Below, piece by piece: positions 35,301 to 44,560 of a DNA stretch of 64,000 nucleotides; position 1 is the first letter of the stretch; the number at the start of each line of letters is the position of its first letter. Under the pieces are notes generated by a model, which was not told where the DNA came from, did not search any database, and was given only the letters and a program-made list of their open reading frames with translations. The position numbers were made by a program, and so were the translations under genes. The stretch is from Octopus sinensis (taxonomy: Eukaryota), in contig NC_043000.1 in assembly GCF_006345805.1 (NCBI RefSeq), positions 85,560,001 to 85,624,000 on the forward strand. The letters are read 5' to 3'.

Positions 35301-36028
35301 CTTATTTTAATCAACTTTAAAGAAAAAGAAAATTATAATGTAAGATGTTGGGAGAAATTATTATTTGACAATGCATTAATTAAATATTAGGTATCCGAAT
35401 ATCTAATGCAATCATTTCTGAAGTAGAAAATGTAAACTGTCTAAAGTTACGCAATATGCACGTTATGGGAGGGAACAGTTGCACGTAAGAAAATGTTGAA
35501 AGATATATATCAGTAATGTCTTTTGAAGTATTAATGGGGAAAATCACTTTATTTAAGGCGAGGAAAGAAGTTTATTTTCATGGGTAATCACACAATATTA
35601 AGAACCCGCCAGTAAACACTGAAGGAAAATACCTTTGATGAAATAACAGTGGAAATGAAAACAGCCTTACAAAATAAATACAATAGAATAAATCAAGTGC
35701 ATTACATATATGTATGTATGTATATATATATATATATATATAGATATATAGAAACGAAAGATACCAAAAATAAGGGAAAAACATCCTAAGTTTTCTTTCT
35801 GTCAAGGATTATTTCGTTGTATGTTGAAGCAACAAGACACCAAGATTTTTTATTTTAGAATCTTGATGCTTTTAAAGTAACACAAGCATTTTGGATAAAA
35901 AGTCAACATACTTAATGTTACTCACGAGATTGAATAAGACTGGAAAAATTTTGAGCTTGTCGCTTATTCCGCCCGCGAAGATGAGCCCAAATTTCTCCTC
36001 TCCACCCCACGCCACTATTAGACGCCAT
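7522..36028 (-). CDS. ATG16L1: ATG16L1 (autophagy-related 16-like 1), partial multi-exon CDS, exons 1-6
   Basis: Six exons of 103, 115, 82, 74, 91 and 161 nt with GT-AG junctions and compatible phases (1,2,0,2,0,2). Spliced protein: [208 protein letters not shown](R). Collinear with the human ATG16L1 N-terminus. Confidence 0.95.
8618..8890 (+). mobile_element. tRNA-derived CORE-type SINE
   Basis: A-box-like TGGACTAGTGG, B-box GGTTCAATTCC, then CORE-like TTCTTGAGCAAAACACTTCATTTCACATTGC. Confidence 0.75.
9926..10016 (-). CDS. ATG16L1: ATG16L1 exon 5
   Basis: TTTAG|G ATT TTA GAG...ACC AAC CAA|GTAATG, giving (K)[30 protein letters not shown]. Phase 2 in, phase 0 out. Confidence 0.93.
10505..10625 (+). 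mobile_element. 3' half of OK-type SINE
   Basis: GTCGATAAAATAAGTACCAATCAAGTACTGGGATAGATGTAATTGACT matches the body of the SINEs at 40892-41680 and 42135. Confidence 0.6.
10745..10818 (-). CDS. ATG16L1: ATG16L1 exon 4
   Basis: TTCCTATTTCAG|CAT GCA CTT...GCA AA|GTAA, giving [24 protein letters not shown](K) vs human [25 protein letters not shown]. Confidence 0.95.
10893..11386. mobile_element. Head-to-head palindromic SINE-like element (tRNA-derived head, (AAT)n, hammerhead-bearing tail)
   Basis: Arms 10893-11141 and 11151-11386 are reverse complements around a 9-nt centre. The right arm shows A box TGGCGTAGTGG and B box GTTCGATTCC. Each tail contains CTGATGA-stem-(G/A)AAA. Confidence 0.85.
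11572..12995 (+). mobile_element. Degenerate mariner transposon with its 3' part inverted
   Basis: TA+CAAGGTCTATAAATAAAGTAATGAGA TIR at 11572. The plus strand encodes an HTH piece ([26 protein letters not shown]) and the region up to YHEVL at ~12415. The minus strand 12713-12990 encodes the C-terminal [18 protein letters not shown] second TIR copy lies at ~12581-12609. Confidence 0.85.
14270..15390 (+). mobile_element. CR1/Jockey-type LINE RT fragment
   Basis: ORF 14613-15056: [24 protein letters not shown]...[12 protein letters not shown]...YADNTK. Same family as 42840-43935. Confidence 0.9.
15739..15899 (+). other. Structured element with a degenerate type I hammerhead fold and flanking hairpins
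   Basis: Stem I TTCCCA (15812-17)/TGGGAA (15850-55), core CTGAGGA (15818-24), GAAA (15838-41), UA cleavage-site position. Perfect hairpins at 15739-15762 (GAAA loop) and 15870-15888. Stems II and III are mismatched. Confidence 0.5.
16070..16620 (-). mobile_element. Probable Penelope-like element 3'/pseudo-LTR fragment
   Basis: Pyrimidine-rich repeated GGATGTTTTGT tail and a CTGAGGA motif on the minus strand. Resembles a recalled octopus PLE-type repeat, with only weak coding similarity. Confidence 0.4.
16995..17350 (+). mobile_element. Two adjacent SINE pieces (3' body 16995-17150; CORE-type SINE 17155-17350)
   Basis: The first piece is homologous to 50990-51120. The second has a TAGCTTAGTGG head and TTCTTGAGCAAAACACTTCATCTCACGTTGC, homologous to 8618-8890. 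Confidence 0.7.
18415..19425 (-). mobile_element. 5'-truncated RTE LINE (C-terminal ORF and 3' UTR)
   Basis: Minus ORF 18976-19278 ([41 protein letters not shown]...RARKTW) followed by the repeat-rich UTR and (GAT)n tail. Confidence 0.92.
19465..19620 (+). mobile_element. Detached 3' end of RTE LINE family
   Basis: GGTGGCTGGTTTTAGGAAGGGTATCCAGCTGTAGAAA...GGACATTAAATGAT. Confidence 0.75.
19700..19860 (+). mobile_element. Degenerate tRNA-derived SINE
   Basis: Homologous to 53342-53510 (ATGGTTATGTGATTAAAAGTTTGCTT...CAAAAGCTTGT...AGAAAC). Confidence 0.55.
20055..20295 (-). mobile_element. tRNA-derived CORE-type SINE
   Basis: The reverse complement reads GCATAGCCTAGTGGTTAGG...TGTGTTCTTGAGCAAAACACTTCATTTCATGTTACTCCAGTC. 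Confidence 0.7.
20478..20559 (-). CDS. ATG16L1: ATG16L1 exon 3
   Basis: CTTCCATTTCAG|T GGT GAC...GCT GAG|GTTATT, giving (S)[27 protein letters not shown] vs human LRIKHQEELTELHKKRGE. Confidence 0.93.
20860..22550 (+). mobile_element. Degenerate CR1/L2-type LINE interrupted by a mariner-like fragment
   Basis: RT motifs are recognisable despite frameshifts ([27 protein letters not shown]). LINE-like sequence continues after 22400. Confidence 0.7.
22080..22400 (-). mobile_element. Tc1/mariner-superfamily transposase C-terminal fragment
   Basis: ORF 22107-22379: [18 protein letters not shown]...[16 protein letters not shown], matching the WPPNSPDLNPLDYYVWG...AC.RF..R.EAVI.AEG type. Confidence 0.8.
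24611..24689. repeat. 34-bp inverted repeat (hairpin) with 11-nt loop
   Basis: 24611-24644 pairs with 24656-24689 at 33 of 34 positions. Confidence 0.95.
24891..25005 (-). CDS. ATG16L1: ATG16L1 exon 2
   Basis: TTTTCATTTTCCAG|AC AAT AAG...GCT AG|GTAAGT, giving (H)[37 protein letters not shown](S) vs human YNKLLEKS. Phase 1 in, phase 2 out. Confidence 0.95.
25430..26060 (+). mobile_element. Old RTE LINE RT fragment
   Basis: GAAATGCAGTTTGGTTTTGTGCC...ACAGATGCAATCTTCCTAGTGA...GAGAAGGCATTTGACAAGGT is homologous to the RT of the RTE at 27971-28615. Confidence 0.8.
26187..26378 (+). mobile_element. Detached 3' end of RTE LINE family
   Basis: AAAAAAAGCACC...ATAGGAAGAGCATCCAG...GGATGTTAAATGATAATGAT. 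Confidence 0.75.
26649..28790 (-). mobile_element. 5'-truncated RTE LINE (RT, Cys-rich insert, C-terminus, 3' UTR)
   Basis: ORF 27971-28615 has [40 protein letters not shown] and LLYADDL, followed by [10 protein letters not shown]. The (GAT)n tail abuts a (TA)n run. Confidence 0.95.
28780..29340 (-). mobile_element. Older RTE 3' UTR and C-terminal fragments
   Basis: (CAT)n tail at ~28773-28790 with UTR motifs. CCCATGTCTTCCTGGATC...GCTGTCCTCATCCATATG at 29235-29325 is the RKTW / EDSC region. Confidence 0.7.
29385..29566 (+). mobile_element. Detached 3' end of RTE LINE family
   Basis: AAAAAAAGCACCCAG...TTAGGAAGAGCATC...GATGTTAAATGATGATGATGAT. Confidence 0.75.
30461..30842 (-). mobile_element. 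Young full-length tRNA-derived SINE (OR1-like) with target-site duplication
   Basis: Reverse complement begins AGGCGCAATGGCCCAGTGGTTAGGGCAGCGGACTCGCGG...GGTTTCGATTCCC (intact A and B boxes). CpGs are retained. CCTGAT flanks both ends (30455-60 and 30840-45). Confidence 0.92.
31750..32020 (-). mobile_element. Detached 3' end of RTE LINE family (older subfamily)
   Basis: TTCCATACCAACATGG...GCTGGATGCCCTTC...CCCCCTCAAC, similar to 6673-7010. Confidence 0.7.
33090..33860 (-). mobile_element. Highly degenerate LINE (RTE-like) fragments
   Basis: Patchy RT-like coding sequence on the minus strand, with no intact motif. Confidence 0.35.
35926..36028 (-). CDS. ATG16L1: ATG16L1 exon 1, proximal copy (ATG5-binding helix)
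   Basis: CAGTG ATG GCG...TCT C|GTGAGT, giving [34 protein letters not shown]. The W-x3-I-x3-L-x2-R-x3-Q pattern matches human W13/I17/L21/R24/Q28. Confidence 0.93.
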
Positions 36029-36044
36029 CACTGTCTGTTATCAT
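36018..36044 (-). promoter_or_regulatory. uORF (MITDSDGV*) overlapping the ATG16L1 start codon out of frame
   Basis: ATG ATA ACA GAC AGT GAT GGC GTC TAA starts 16 nt upstream of the main ATG. It is duplicated at 36888-36914. It matters only if the TSS is upstream. Confidence 0.55.
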
Positions 36045-36446
36045 GTGGCTAGCTCTGTATGAAGTCGACAACTATGGGCAAACTGGCAGCAGAGGAAACT
36101 CTTCTTCAAAATGTCCGTTTCAAGTCGGTCCATTAAAATCTTAAATAAATTATTACATATTAATCAATGCATATATATGTATATATATAAGCTTGCTAAT
36201 AATAGGGGAAGTGTAAAGATTTTTTAAAATGCGAGGAAGAAAGAGAAAGTGAAAAACATGCGACGGAGGTTGAGGGATGAGACAGAAAGGAAATAAGAGC
36301 AAGGAGTGGGATTTGACGAAGGGGAGGAATATAAATAGCAAGAATCATTCAAATTGAAAGAGATTATAAATTATATAAATAGTTGCATTATGGAAAGAAG
36401 TGTTGTACATTAAACAATTGGGTAAATCTCTCTGTCTCTTATATAT

Positions 36447-36497
<51 letters not shown>

Positions 36498-36560
36498 AAG
36501 ATAGATATAAAGATATACATATATATATATATAGATATAAAGATATACATATATATATAG

Positions 36561-36623
<63 letters not shown>

Positions 36624-36795
36624 ACGAAAGATACCAAAAATAAGGGAAAAACATCCTAAGTTTTCTTTCTGTCAAGGATTATTTCGTTGTATGTTGAAGC
36701 AACAAGACACCAAGATTTTTTATTTTAGAATCTTGATGCTTTTAAAGTAACACAAGCATTTTGGATAAAAAGTCAACATACTTAATGTTACTCAC

Positions 36796-36898
36796 GAGAT
36801 TGAATAAGACTGGAAAAATTTTGAGCTTGTCGCTTATTCCGCCCGCGAAGATGAGCCCAAATTTCTCCTCTCCACCCCACGCCACTATTAGACGCCAT
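36796..36898 (-). CDS. ATG16L1: ATG16L1 exon 1, distal duplicate copy
   Basis: Identical to 35926-36028, including the GTGAGT donor. Confidence 0.8.
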
Positions 36899-37338
36899 CA
36901 CTGTCTGTTATCATGTGGCTAGCTCTGTATGAAGTCGACAACTATGGGCAAACTGGCAGCAGAGGAAACTCTTCTTCAAAATGTCCGTTTCAAGTCGGTC
37001 CATTAAAATCTTAAATAAATTATTACATATTAATCAATGCATATATATGTATATATATAAGCTTGCTAATAATAGGGGAAGTGTAAAGATTTTTTAAAAT
37101 GCGAGGAAGAAAGAGAAAGTGAAAAACATGCGACGGAGGTTGAGGGATGAGACAGAAAGGAAATAAGAGCAAGGAGTGGGATTTGACGAAGGGGAGGAAT
37201 ATAAATAGCAAGAATCATTCAAATTGAAAGAGATTATAAATTATATAAATAGTTGCATTATGGAAAGAAGTGTTGTACATTAAACAATTGGGTAAATCTC
37301 TCTGTCTCTTATATATACACACACACACATACACACAC

Positions 37339-37369
<31 letters not shown>

Positions 37370-37576
37370 AAGATAGATATAAAGATATACATATATATAT
37401 ATATAGATATAAAGATATACATATATATATAGACATATATATATATATATATATAAAGATATATATATATATAGACATAGATATAAATATATATATATGT
37501 GTAGACATATATATAAATATAGATATACACATACACACAGACATATATATATATATGTGTGTGTGTGCGTCTGTAT

Positions 37577-37615
<39 letters not shown>

Positions 37616-37959
37616 TATATATATATATATCCTATTAAAAATGATGCAAATGAATTCATTCGAATATCTTTACCCCTCTGTTTCCCCTTAGAAATATTTT
37701 CCGTTCTCCAATTTTTTTTTTCAGTTAAAAGTTGATTTCTTTTCGCTGTTAATTAATGTCAGGCATCACAGTTTCTAAGTTTTTCTAATTTAATATTTCT
37801 TACTCTTTCTCTAAAAATAAATTAGTGAAAAATGCTTTTAATTTTATTCATTGTTGAACAGATAATTACACATGATTTTTCTGTTTTATTTCCTTGTTTT
37901 TCATCGAAAAATCTCCTCTAGTTTCAGTTTCTCCTTATTTGAAGCTCTGTTTAGATACG

Positions 37960-38073
37960 AAACTACGCCAGCCGACAATTTGCCCAGGCAGTGAGCATCT
38001 TGGGGGAAGGAAGTACCGCTTAGTTGGGGCTTGTGCATGACTAACATGTTTACTTCCTAATTAAACCCTAGAG
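37960..38073 (+). other. Candidate non-coding first exon of a divergent transcript
   Basis: GC/CpG-enriched island ending in a perfect donor, GAG|GTGAGT (GT at 38074-75). No downstream exon was identified. Confidence 0.25.
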
Positions 38074-38253
38074 GTGAGTAAATATTTATTGCGTTGGAAC
38101 CTTATTTTTACCATTTTCTTTGTACATATTTTCATAATTAACATTTTATGTTGATTCCAATCTCTTCTTTAAATACAAAACTCGCTTAGTGGGTCTTCTT
38201 TCTACATTTTTTTCTTCTAAATAGAATACACACACACACACACACATATATAT

Positions 38254-38318
<65 letters not shown>

Positions 38319-39232
38319 TATATATGATTCTCTTTTGATTGCATAATGTTAACCATTTAAATTAATTACTTTGGTGTTATGAAAAGCGATTATAAATTTG
38401 AACATGACAAACACTTTGTTCTTCGTAATCATCTTATTTACATCAACGATTCATTTATTGTTTTCTCAACAAAATCATTTTTCATTTCATTTCTTTAATA
38501 ATATAGAAATACACCTTTTTTCCACTGACACTTTATTCAAACGGATGCAAATATACAACTTTTTTCTATCAGAAAACTGTATGGTAGAGAAAAATGAGAA
38601 GGAAATCGCCTTTTGTCGTTAAAAACGCGATTAGGTTATTAATTCTCAATGATATAGTAAACCTGAACAGTAAAACATCGTTTAGTGCGGTTTGCATTAA
38701 GTAGCTCCCATTTCATCTTTGAGGAATTTTATAATCCCTTCTGTTTCTCATCTCCTCAAACAACAAACATTCCTAACTGTTGTGATCGAGCTTTCTTATA
38801 TTACATTTTCTATTTCTGTCTCAACCTTAAGCCATTTATATATAAGAAATTATGAATATTTTGTTTCAGTTTTGCTTTTGTTATTTAGTGAAAAGCAACG
38901 CTGTTACAGTCTTTAAGTCTTCGATGAGAGAAAAACATTAATTATGTGTGGTTTTTCCTTCCCTCATGTCGAACCTGTTTAGTTCTTTGTTTTTTCATTG
39001 TCAGCTTTGTGGATATTGTTGTTTCTTTCTCTTTTTATTCATTCAAAATCTCTTCATCTTCCGATGACCAATTTCATCACCAGAAGTGGATTCGTTTTAA
39101 TATTTCTTATATCGGTCCAACTCTCTCCTCCTCCACAGCTTACTCTCTCCTTAAAATCTATCGTTATTATTTTCAAGGCGCGCACACACACGCGCATACC
39201 ATATACATATATGCTACACACACACACACACC

Positions 39233-39264
<32 letters not shown>

Positions 39265-40449
39265 ACTGATTGTACTATCATGTTTCATGTTTTTATATTT
39301 ACATTGATGTAAATTGTTAGGTTATCTTAAAACCTGCGTACAGACACACATTATTGAGATGATCGCAGAGTGGGAGGATCAGTATCTCTCTCGCTCACAC
39401 GCATACATCGAATTCAGTCCCCCACTTTAGGACCACCTATCTTTTTACTCGCTGCTATGGTCTGGGCTGAATCAATTGAAACCCGCTCTTCACCACCACA
39501 TATGGCTGTTCACTTGCTACTGTATAATAATGAACACTTACTTCGTACTCGCACACATGTTTACATACAGTGATACATGATTGCATGAGTAAGTGCATGT
39601 GCATCTATCAGACTATGGCACATGCACTTCCAGATTGCACTGTCGCCTACGCGTTTTTGCCTATTTCCAAACTATCCTCTAATATATTTGCCTCTTATTC
39701 CCAATCCCATGATTACATTTATCTCCTTTATCTATTTCCTCTTTTTTCCCCCACTTTTTTATATTTCTATATTAGCTTCATTTTCCGGATGTCTTCTCTA
39801 CGTTTCCTCATGAATTTCCTAACCTATTTTTCTAATTCATTTACCAGTTAGTTTCTGTTGTAGTTTCTCTCTCACTCTCTCTCTTTTTTTTTTCTTTTTC
39901 TTTTTACATCTTAACATCATTAATTAAAAATAACACGCTGGATTCGGCCAGACAAGGAAAAAAATTAGATGCGAATCTTAACCCGATTTAACTAAATCAC
40001 GATATATATATATTAATATGTTCTTAATATAGAACAATTTTCTGTTTACTTATAAGATGTGGTTTCCGATTAACATATTAATGTTCTTGTTTTACTTCTT
40101 TCTCTCTTTATTCTATTTATTTATTTACTTTTTTTTTTGCCGAAGAAAATTTTAAAAAATATCTTAGCAATTGTTGTTACAGCAACATTCAAATGAGCAT
40201 CCGTGACGAAAAAGGTGGTAAATTTATGAAAATGTGTCTTTAGATGTGATGGCTATGAATGTGTCAGGAATTAGACACTCGACACAACAGCTCAGAGCCA
40301 CATCTCTTCTGTTTTTTGTGTGATTCATTTCTCAATATCTGATTTCACTCCTTTCTTTCACTTGCTTTGTTTTGTTGCTGATTTCGTCCTTTTCTTATCT
40401 GCATCACTTGCTTTGCCTCGATTATCTCTCTCTCTCTTGGCGATATATA

Positions 40450-40502
<53 letters not shown>

Positions 40503-40891
40503 AGTTGGGGGAGAAATACATAAATGTCCTCTCTAATGTGTAATGTATATGTGTGTACGCATGTATGTGTGTGTGTGTGTGTATTTGCACACATACAAAC
40601 TACACAATCCTCTTCTACATACACATACAATTCATAAACAAATATTTTCTAAATACAGCTTGGCAGCTAATTACACTGACTCTAATAGACAATGTTACCA
40701 CACCCATTATGCGAACTGAACTAACACACCTTCTGCCAGAAATAAGCACACTTGTGGTGCCAAATGTAGTCGAGCAAATCCATCAGAAGCATTCCAGTAT
40801 AAAGTAGTGTCTTTAAAATAATTAAAAATAAAACTAAAGGAAGCTGTGTGACTCCTTATTTTTGATACACATGCTCATGCGGCTAAATAAA

Positions 40892-41680
40892 AATAATTCT
40901 CTCTACTATGGGTAGAAGGCCTGGAATTAGGGGGGAGGGGGATAGTCGATTTCGTCAATCCCGAAAGGATGAAAGGCAAAATCGACTTCGACTGAATTTG
41001 AACTCGGATCGCAAAGCCCGAAGGAATACCGCTAAGCATTTTGTCCGGCTTGCTAACGATTCTGCCAGCTCGCTGCCTTAATACTAATAGTAATAATGGT
41101 TTCAAATTTTTCCAGCAGTTTGGGGGCGAGGTGATGAGTTGATTACATCGACCTTAGTGTTCAGCTGATACTTATTTTATCGACCCCGAAAGGATGAAAA
41201 GTAAAGTCGACCTCGGCGAAATTTGAACTCAGAACGAAGCGACGAGCGAAATACCGCTAAACATTCCGTCCCGCACGCTAACGATTCTGCCAGCTCGCCG
41301 CCTTTATTATAATAATAATAATAATTTTGACGCAAGGCCAGCAATTTCGGAGAAGGGGTAAGTCGATTACATCGACCTCGAAAAGTTGAAAGGCAAAACT
41401 TCGGGGAATTTGAACTCAGGACGTAAAATCGGAAGAAATGCCGCTAAGCATTTTGTCCGCCTTAATTATAATAATAATTTTGTCACAAGACTAGCAATTT
41501 CGGGGAGGAGTAAGTCGACTACATTGACCCCAGTGTTCAACTGGTACTTATTTTATCGATCTCGAAAGGATGAAAGGCAAAGTCGACCCTGGCAGTACTT
41601 GAACTCAGAAAGTAAAATCGGAAGAAATGTTACTAAGCATTTTGTCCGGCATACTAATGATTTTGCCTGCTCGCCGCTTT
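40892..41680 (-). mobile_element. Head-to-tail array of four OK-type tRNA-derived SINEs
   Basis: Copies at ~40892-41079, 41098-41304, 41322-41463 and 41475-41680. Each reverse complement starts with a variant of AAGGCGGCGAGCTGGCAGAATCGTTAGC (deleted internally in copy 3) and has a GAGTTCAAATT-type B box. Copies are separated by (AAT)n. Confidence 0.92.
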
Positions 41681-41728
41681 AACTTAATGATAGTGTATAC
41701 ATAAATAATACCTCTCTCTCTCTCTCTG

Positions 41729-41772
<44 letters not shown>

Positions 41773-41896
41773 TCGATAGTTTTATATCTCAAAAAAGAAG
41801 CACACTCTAAAACATTAAATCAGTAGATTATATACTCTACAAAAAATATACTCAAACCATCAAACGGTCCATAACAAACAACCTTCATAATATATA

Positions 41897-41936
<40 letters not shown>

Positions 41937-42134
41937 ACACACACACACACACACCCTAGTCTAGAGAAAAGTTGACTAACAATTTCAGGATGTAAAATAG
42001 TGAGGGATTGTTTGAGAGAGTTTAGTTTAGATAGGAAGCAGGGCATCACCTTAAAATTGTGTTTGAGGGTATGAACAAATCCTCAAGATTCAAAAGAACA
42101 TTAAATTAACTTTATTCTATTATATATCCTGTTA

Positions 42135-42365
42135 AAGGCTGGTGAGCTGGCAGAATCGTAAGCATGCGAGGCAAAATGCCTAGCAGTATTTCGTCTGCCA
42201 TTACGTTCTGAGTTCAAATTCTGCCGAGGTCGATTTCTCCTTTCATCTTTTTGGGGTCAGTTAAATAAGTACCAGTTATGAACTGGAGTCGATGTAATCA
42301 ACTTAATTTCTTTGTTTGTTCCCTTTATGTTTAGCTCCCTGTGGGAAATAAAGAAATAAATATAT
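42135..42365 (+). mobile_element. OK-type tRNA-derived SINE
   Basis: AAGGCTGGTGAGCTGGCAGAATCGTAAGC...GAGTTCAAATTCTGCCGAGGTCGA...TAAGTACCAGTT. Confidence 0.9.
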
Positions 42366-42545
42366 GTCCTGTTGAACAACAGATCTTGTTTTACAGGATA
42401 AATATTGAAAGCATTACTTAACTGTATATGTCTGGATGTACAAATATATACGTACATACACTGTTGATAGTGTTCCAGACAACCAGCTGAGAAGTTCAGT
42501 TCATATACCTATATATGTATGTATGTTTCTATCTATCTGTGTGCA

Positions 42546-42589
<44 letters not shown>

Positions 42590-42839
42590 CTTGTAATATA
42601 CATGTGTGTGTGGGGGGTATAATTATAAAACCAATGAAATTGGACCTGAGGATTCATAGTATACCAATAGTTAAAAAAAGATCTCATATGAAAAAGAATC
42701 ACCACAAACCCTCTGCTCCCTTTAAAAGTAATATGCAGAGATTGTGTGAACTACAGCTGTTGAGCAGCAAGTTTTTTTCGAGCATGGCCCAGAAGATAGT
42801 ATGGCAGTTGATATAGTGAAACAAATGCAGAGTCAAAAT

Positions 42840-43935
42840 GATGCATATCAGTACACAAGGCCACCACAAGCGATACAAGTGATACCTATCTAAACATATC
42901 CATATTCTTACTAAATATTGGAGGTCTGTTACAACTTAGTAACAGGGGTAAAATTCTCTACTGAAAGATTTTGCTGCTTGCAAATCAAGTAATTTTGATG
43001 GTACTTCTAGAGACACATCTAATTTCTAACATAGCAGATCTAGAAATTCACATACCAGAGTATGCTGTATTTCATACTGAGAGGAGAGAAAGAGGACATG
43101 GAGGAGTTGCCATGTATATCAGTGAAGATGTTACACCCATAGTACTGTCGTCACACTGAGACTCAGTTTGTGACACTTTAATAATATGTATAAAGCATAT
43201 GAAGATGTAGTTATAGGCACATCATATCTTTCACCAAATGCCTCAAAACATGATGGTAAATTTGAGGATAGCTTCAGACACATAGAAGAGGTATTGACCA
43301 ATCTGGACCAACACATAAGTATACTCTTTCTGGGTAACTGCAACCTCTCAAATGTTAAATGGCCTGTAGGCTACATCCCTTCTAGGATGTCACTGCATGA
43401 ACAAAGCAAGCAGGATCATTACTTGAACTTTCTAATATGCTGTTCATGGAACAGGTGAAATTCCAGCGGACTAAGAGTAATAACAATTTGTTGGATTTCT
43501 GCTTTACAAATAATATGAACCTTTTCAATAACATGAAGGTAATGCCAACAGCTTTCTTGGTCCACAACACCATAGAACAAACAATGTATGGTCATAGATG
43601 AACTTCTGTAAGAAACACTTAAACCATACCTGATTTGAATTTCCAGAAAGCAAAACTTGAAATCAAGCTGGCCTGATAAAATGTCATGGAACAAATTGTC
43701 AGAAAGAAGCTGATAACACTCTTAAAAGAAAATGACTTGCTGAACGATACTCAACATGGTTTCCATCAGTGAAGAAGCTGCCTTACACAACTCTTACAGT
43801 ACTATAACTGGGTTTTCAAGCAGTTGCTTGACCATTAAAACATTGATATGGTATACCTTGATTTTGTGTAGGCCTTTGACAAGATGGATCATGGCAGGAT
43901 ATGTCACAAGCTGCAAGTTCTTGGTATAGCTGGTA
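42840..43935 (+). mobile_element. Degenerate CR1/Jockey-type LINE (endonuclease and RT start, internally deleted)
   Basis: VLLETHL...RGHGGVAMYI (APE endonuclease), then QHGFHQ.RSCLTQLL...IDMVYLDF..AFDKMDHG. Same family as 14270-15390. Confidence 0.85.
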
Positions 43936-43989
43936 GGGGAGAGACTACATGACTTCAGCCACAACTACAATTTCTATTTGATTTTGAGT

Positions 43990-44232
43990 TATGTAATATG
44001 GCTGTGTAGATATGTATATGAATAGACATAATATACATGTTTTTGTAATATATGCATGTACATGTGTATATGTATACATATTTGTATTTATGTGTATGTA
44101 TGTATACATATGTGTATTTATGTGTGTGTGTGTATACATATGTGTATGTATGTATACATATGTGTATTTATGTGTGTGTGTGTATACATATGTGTATGTA
44201 TGTATACATATGTATATTTATGTGTATGTGTG

Positions 44233-44318
<86 letters not shown>

Positions 44319-44340
44319 TATATATACACACACACAGACA
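43990..44340. repeat. Compound (TA)/(TG) microsatellite with ~50-bp higher-order period
   Basis: TATGTGTATTTATGTGTGTGTGTGTATACATATGTGTATGTATGTATACA-type unit repeated about 3-4 times, then (TA)n. Confidence 0.9.
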
Positions 44341-44560
44341 TCTCAAAAGTAAATAGACCCATCATTTTTGGAAGTTAATTCTAGAAATAAAATAATGTCA
44401 TTTGGTGCATTTAGATATTTAATCTAGTATTTTGTAGACATACCTTGTGTAGCTTTTAATGATTTAATCCATTTGGTCATCATACTAGTGAGTAGTATCT
44501 GCACAGGTATAATAATATAATTAAGGGTGTCTATTTACATTTGAGACATTTGTATATATG

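Larger units (their letters stand above)
35751..37455. repeat. ~870-bp tandem duplication containing ATG16L1 exon 1 and its upstream region
   Basis: GAAACGAAAGATACC at 35751 and 36621, and identical ORFs 36153-36341 and 37023-37211 (offset 870). The copies appear to differ only in the microsatellite. Junctions lie in (TA)n. Confidence 0.97.
36030..40200. promoter_or_regulatory. CpG-retaining promoter-proximal region upstream of ATG16L1
   Basis: Non-repeat sequence here visibly retains more CpG than the gene-body introns (qualitative, not counted). It lies directly upstream of exon 1. Confidence 0.4.
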
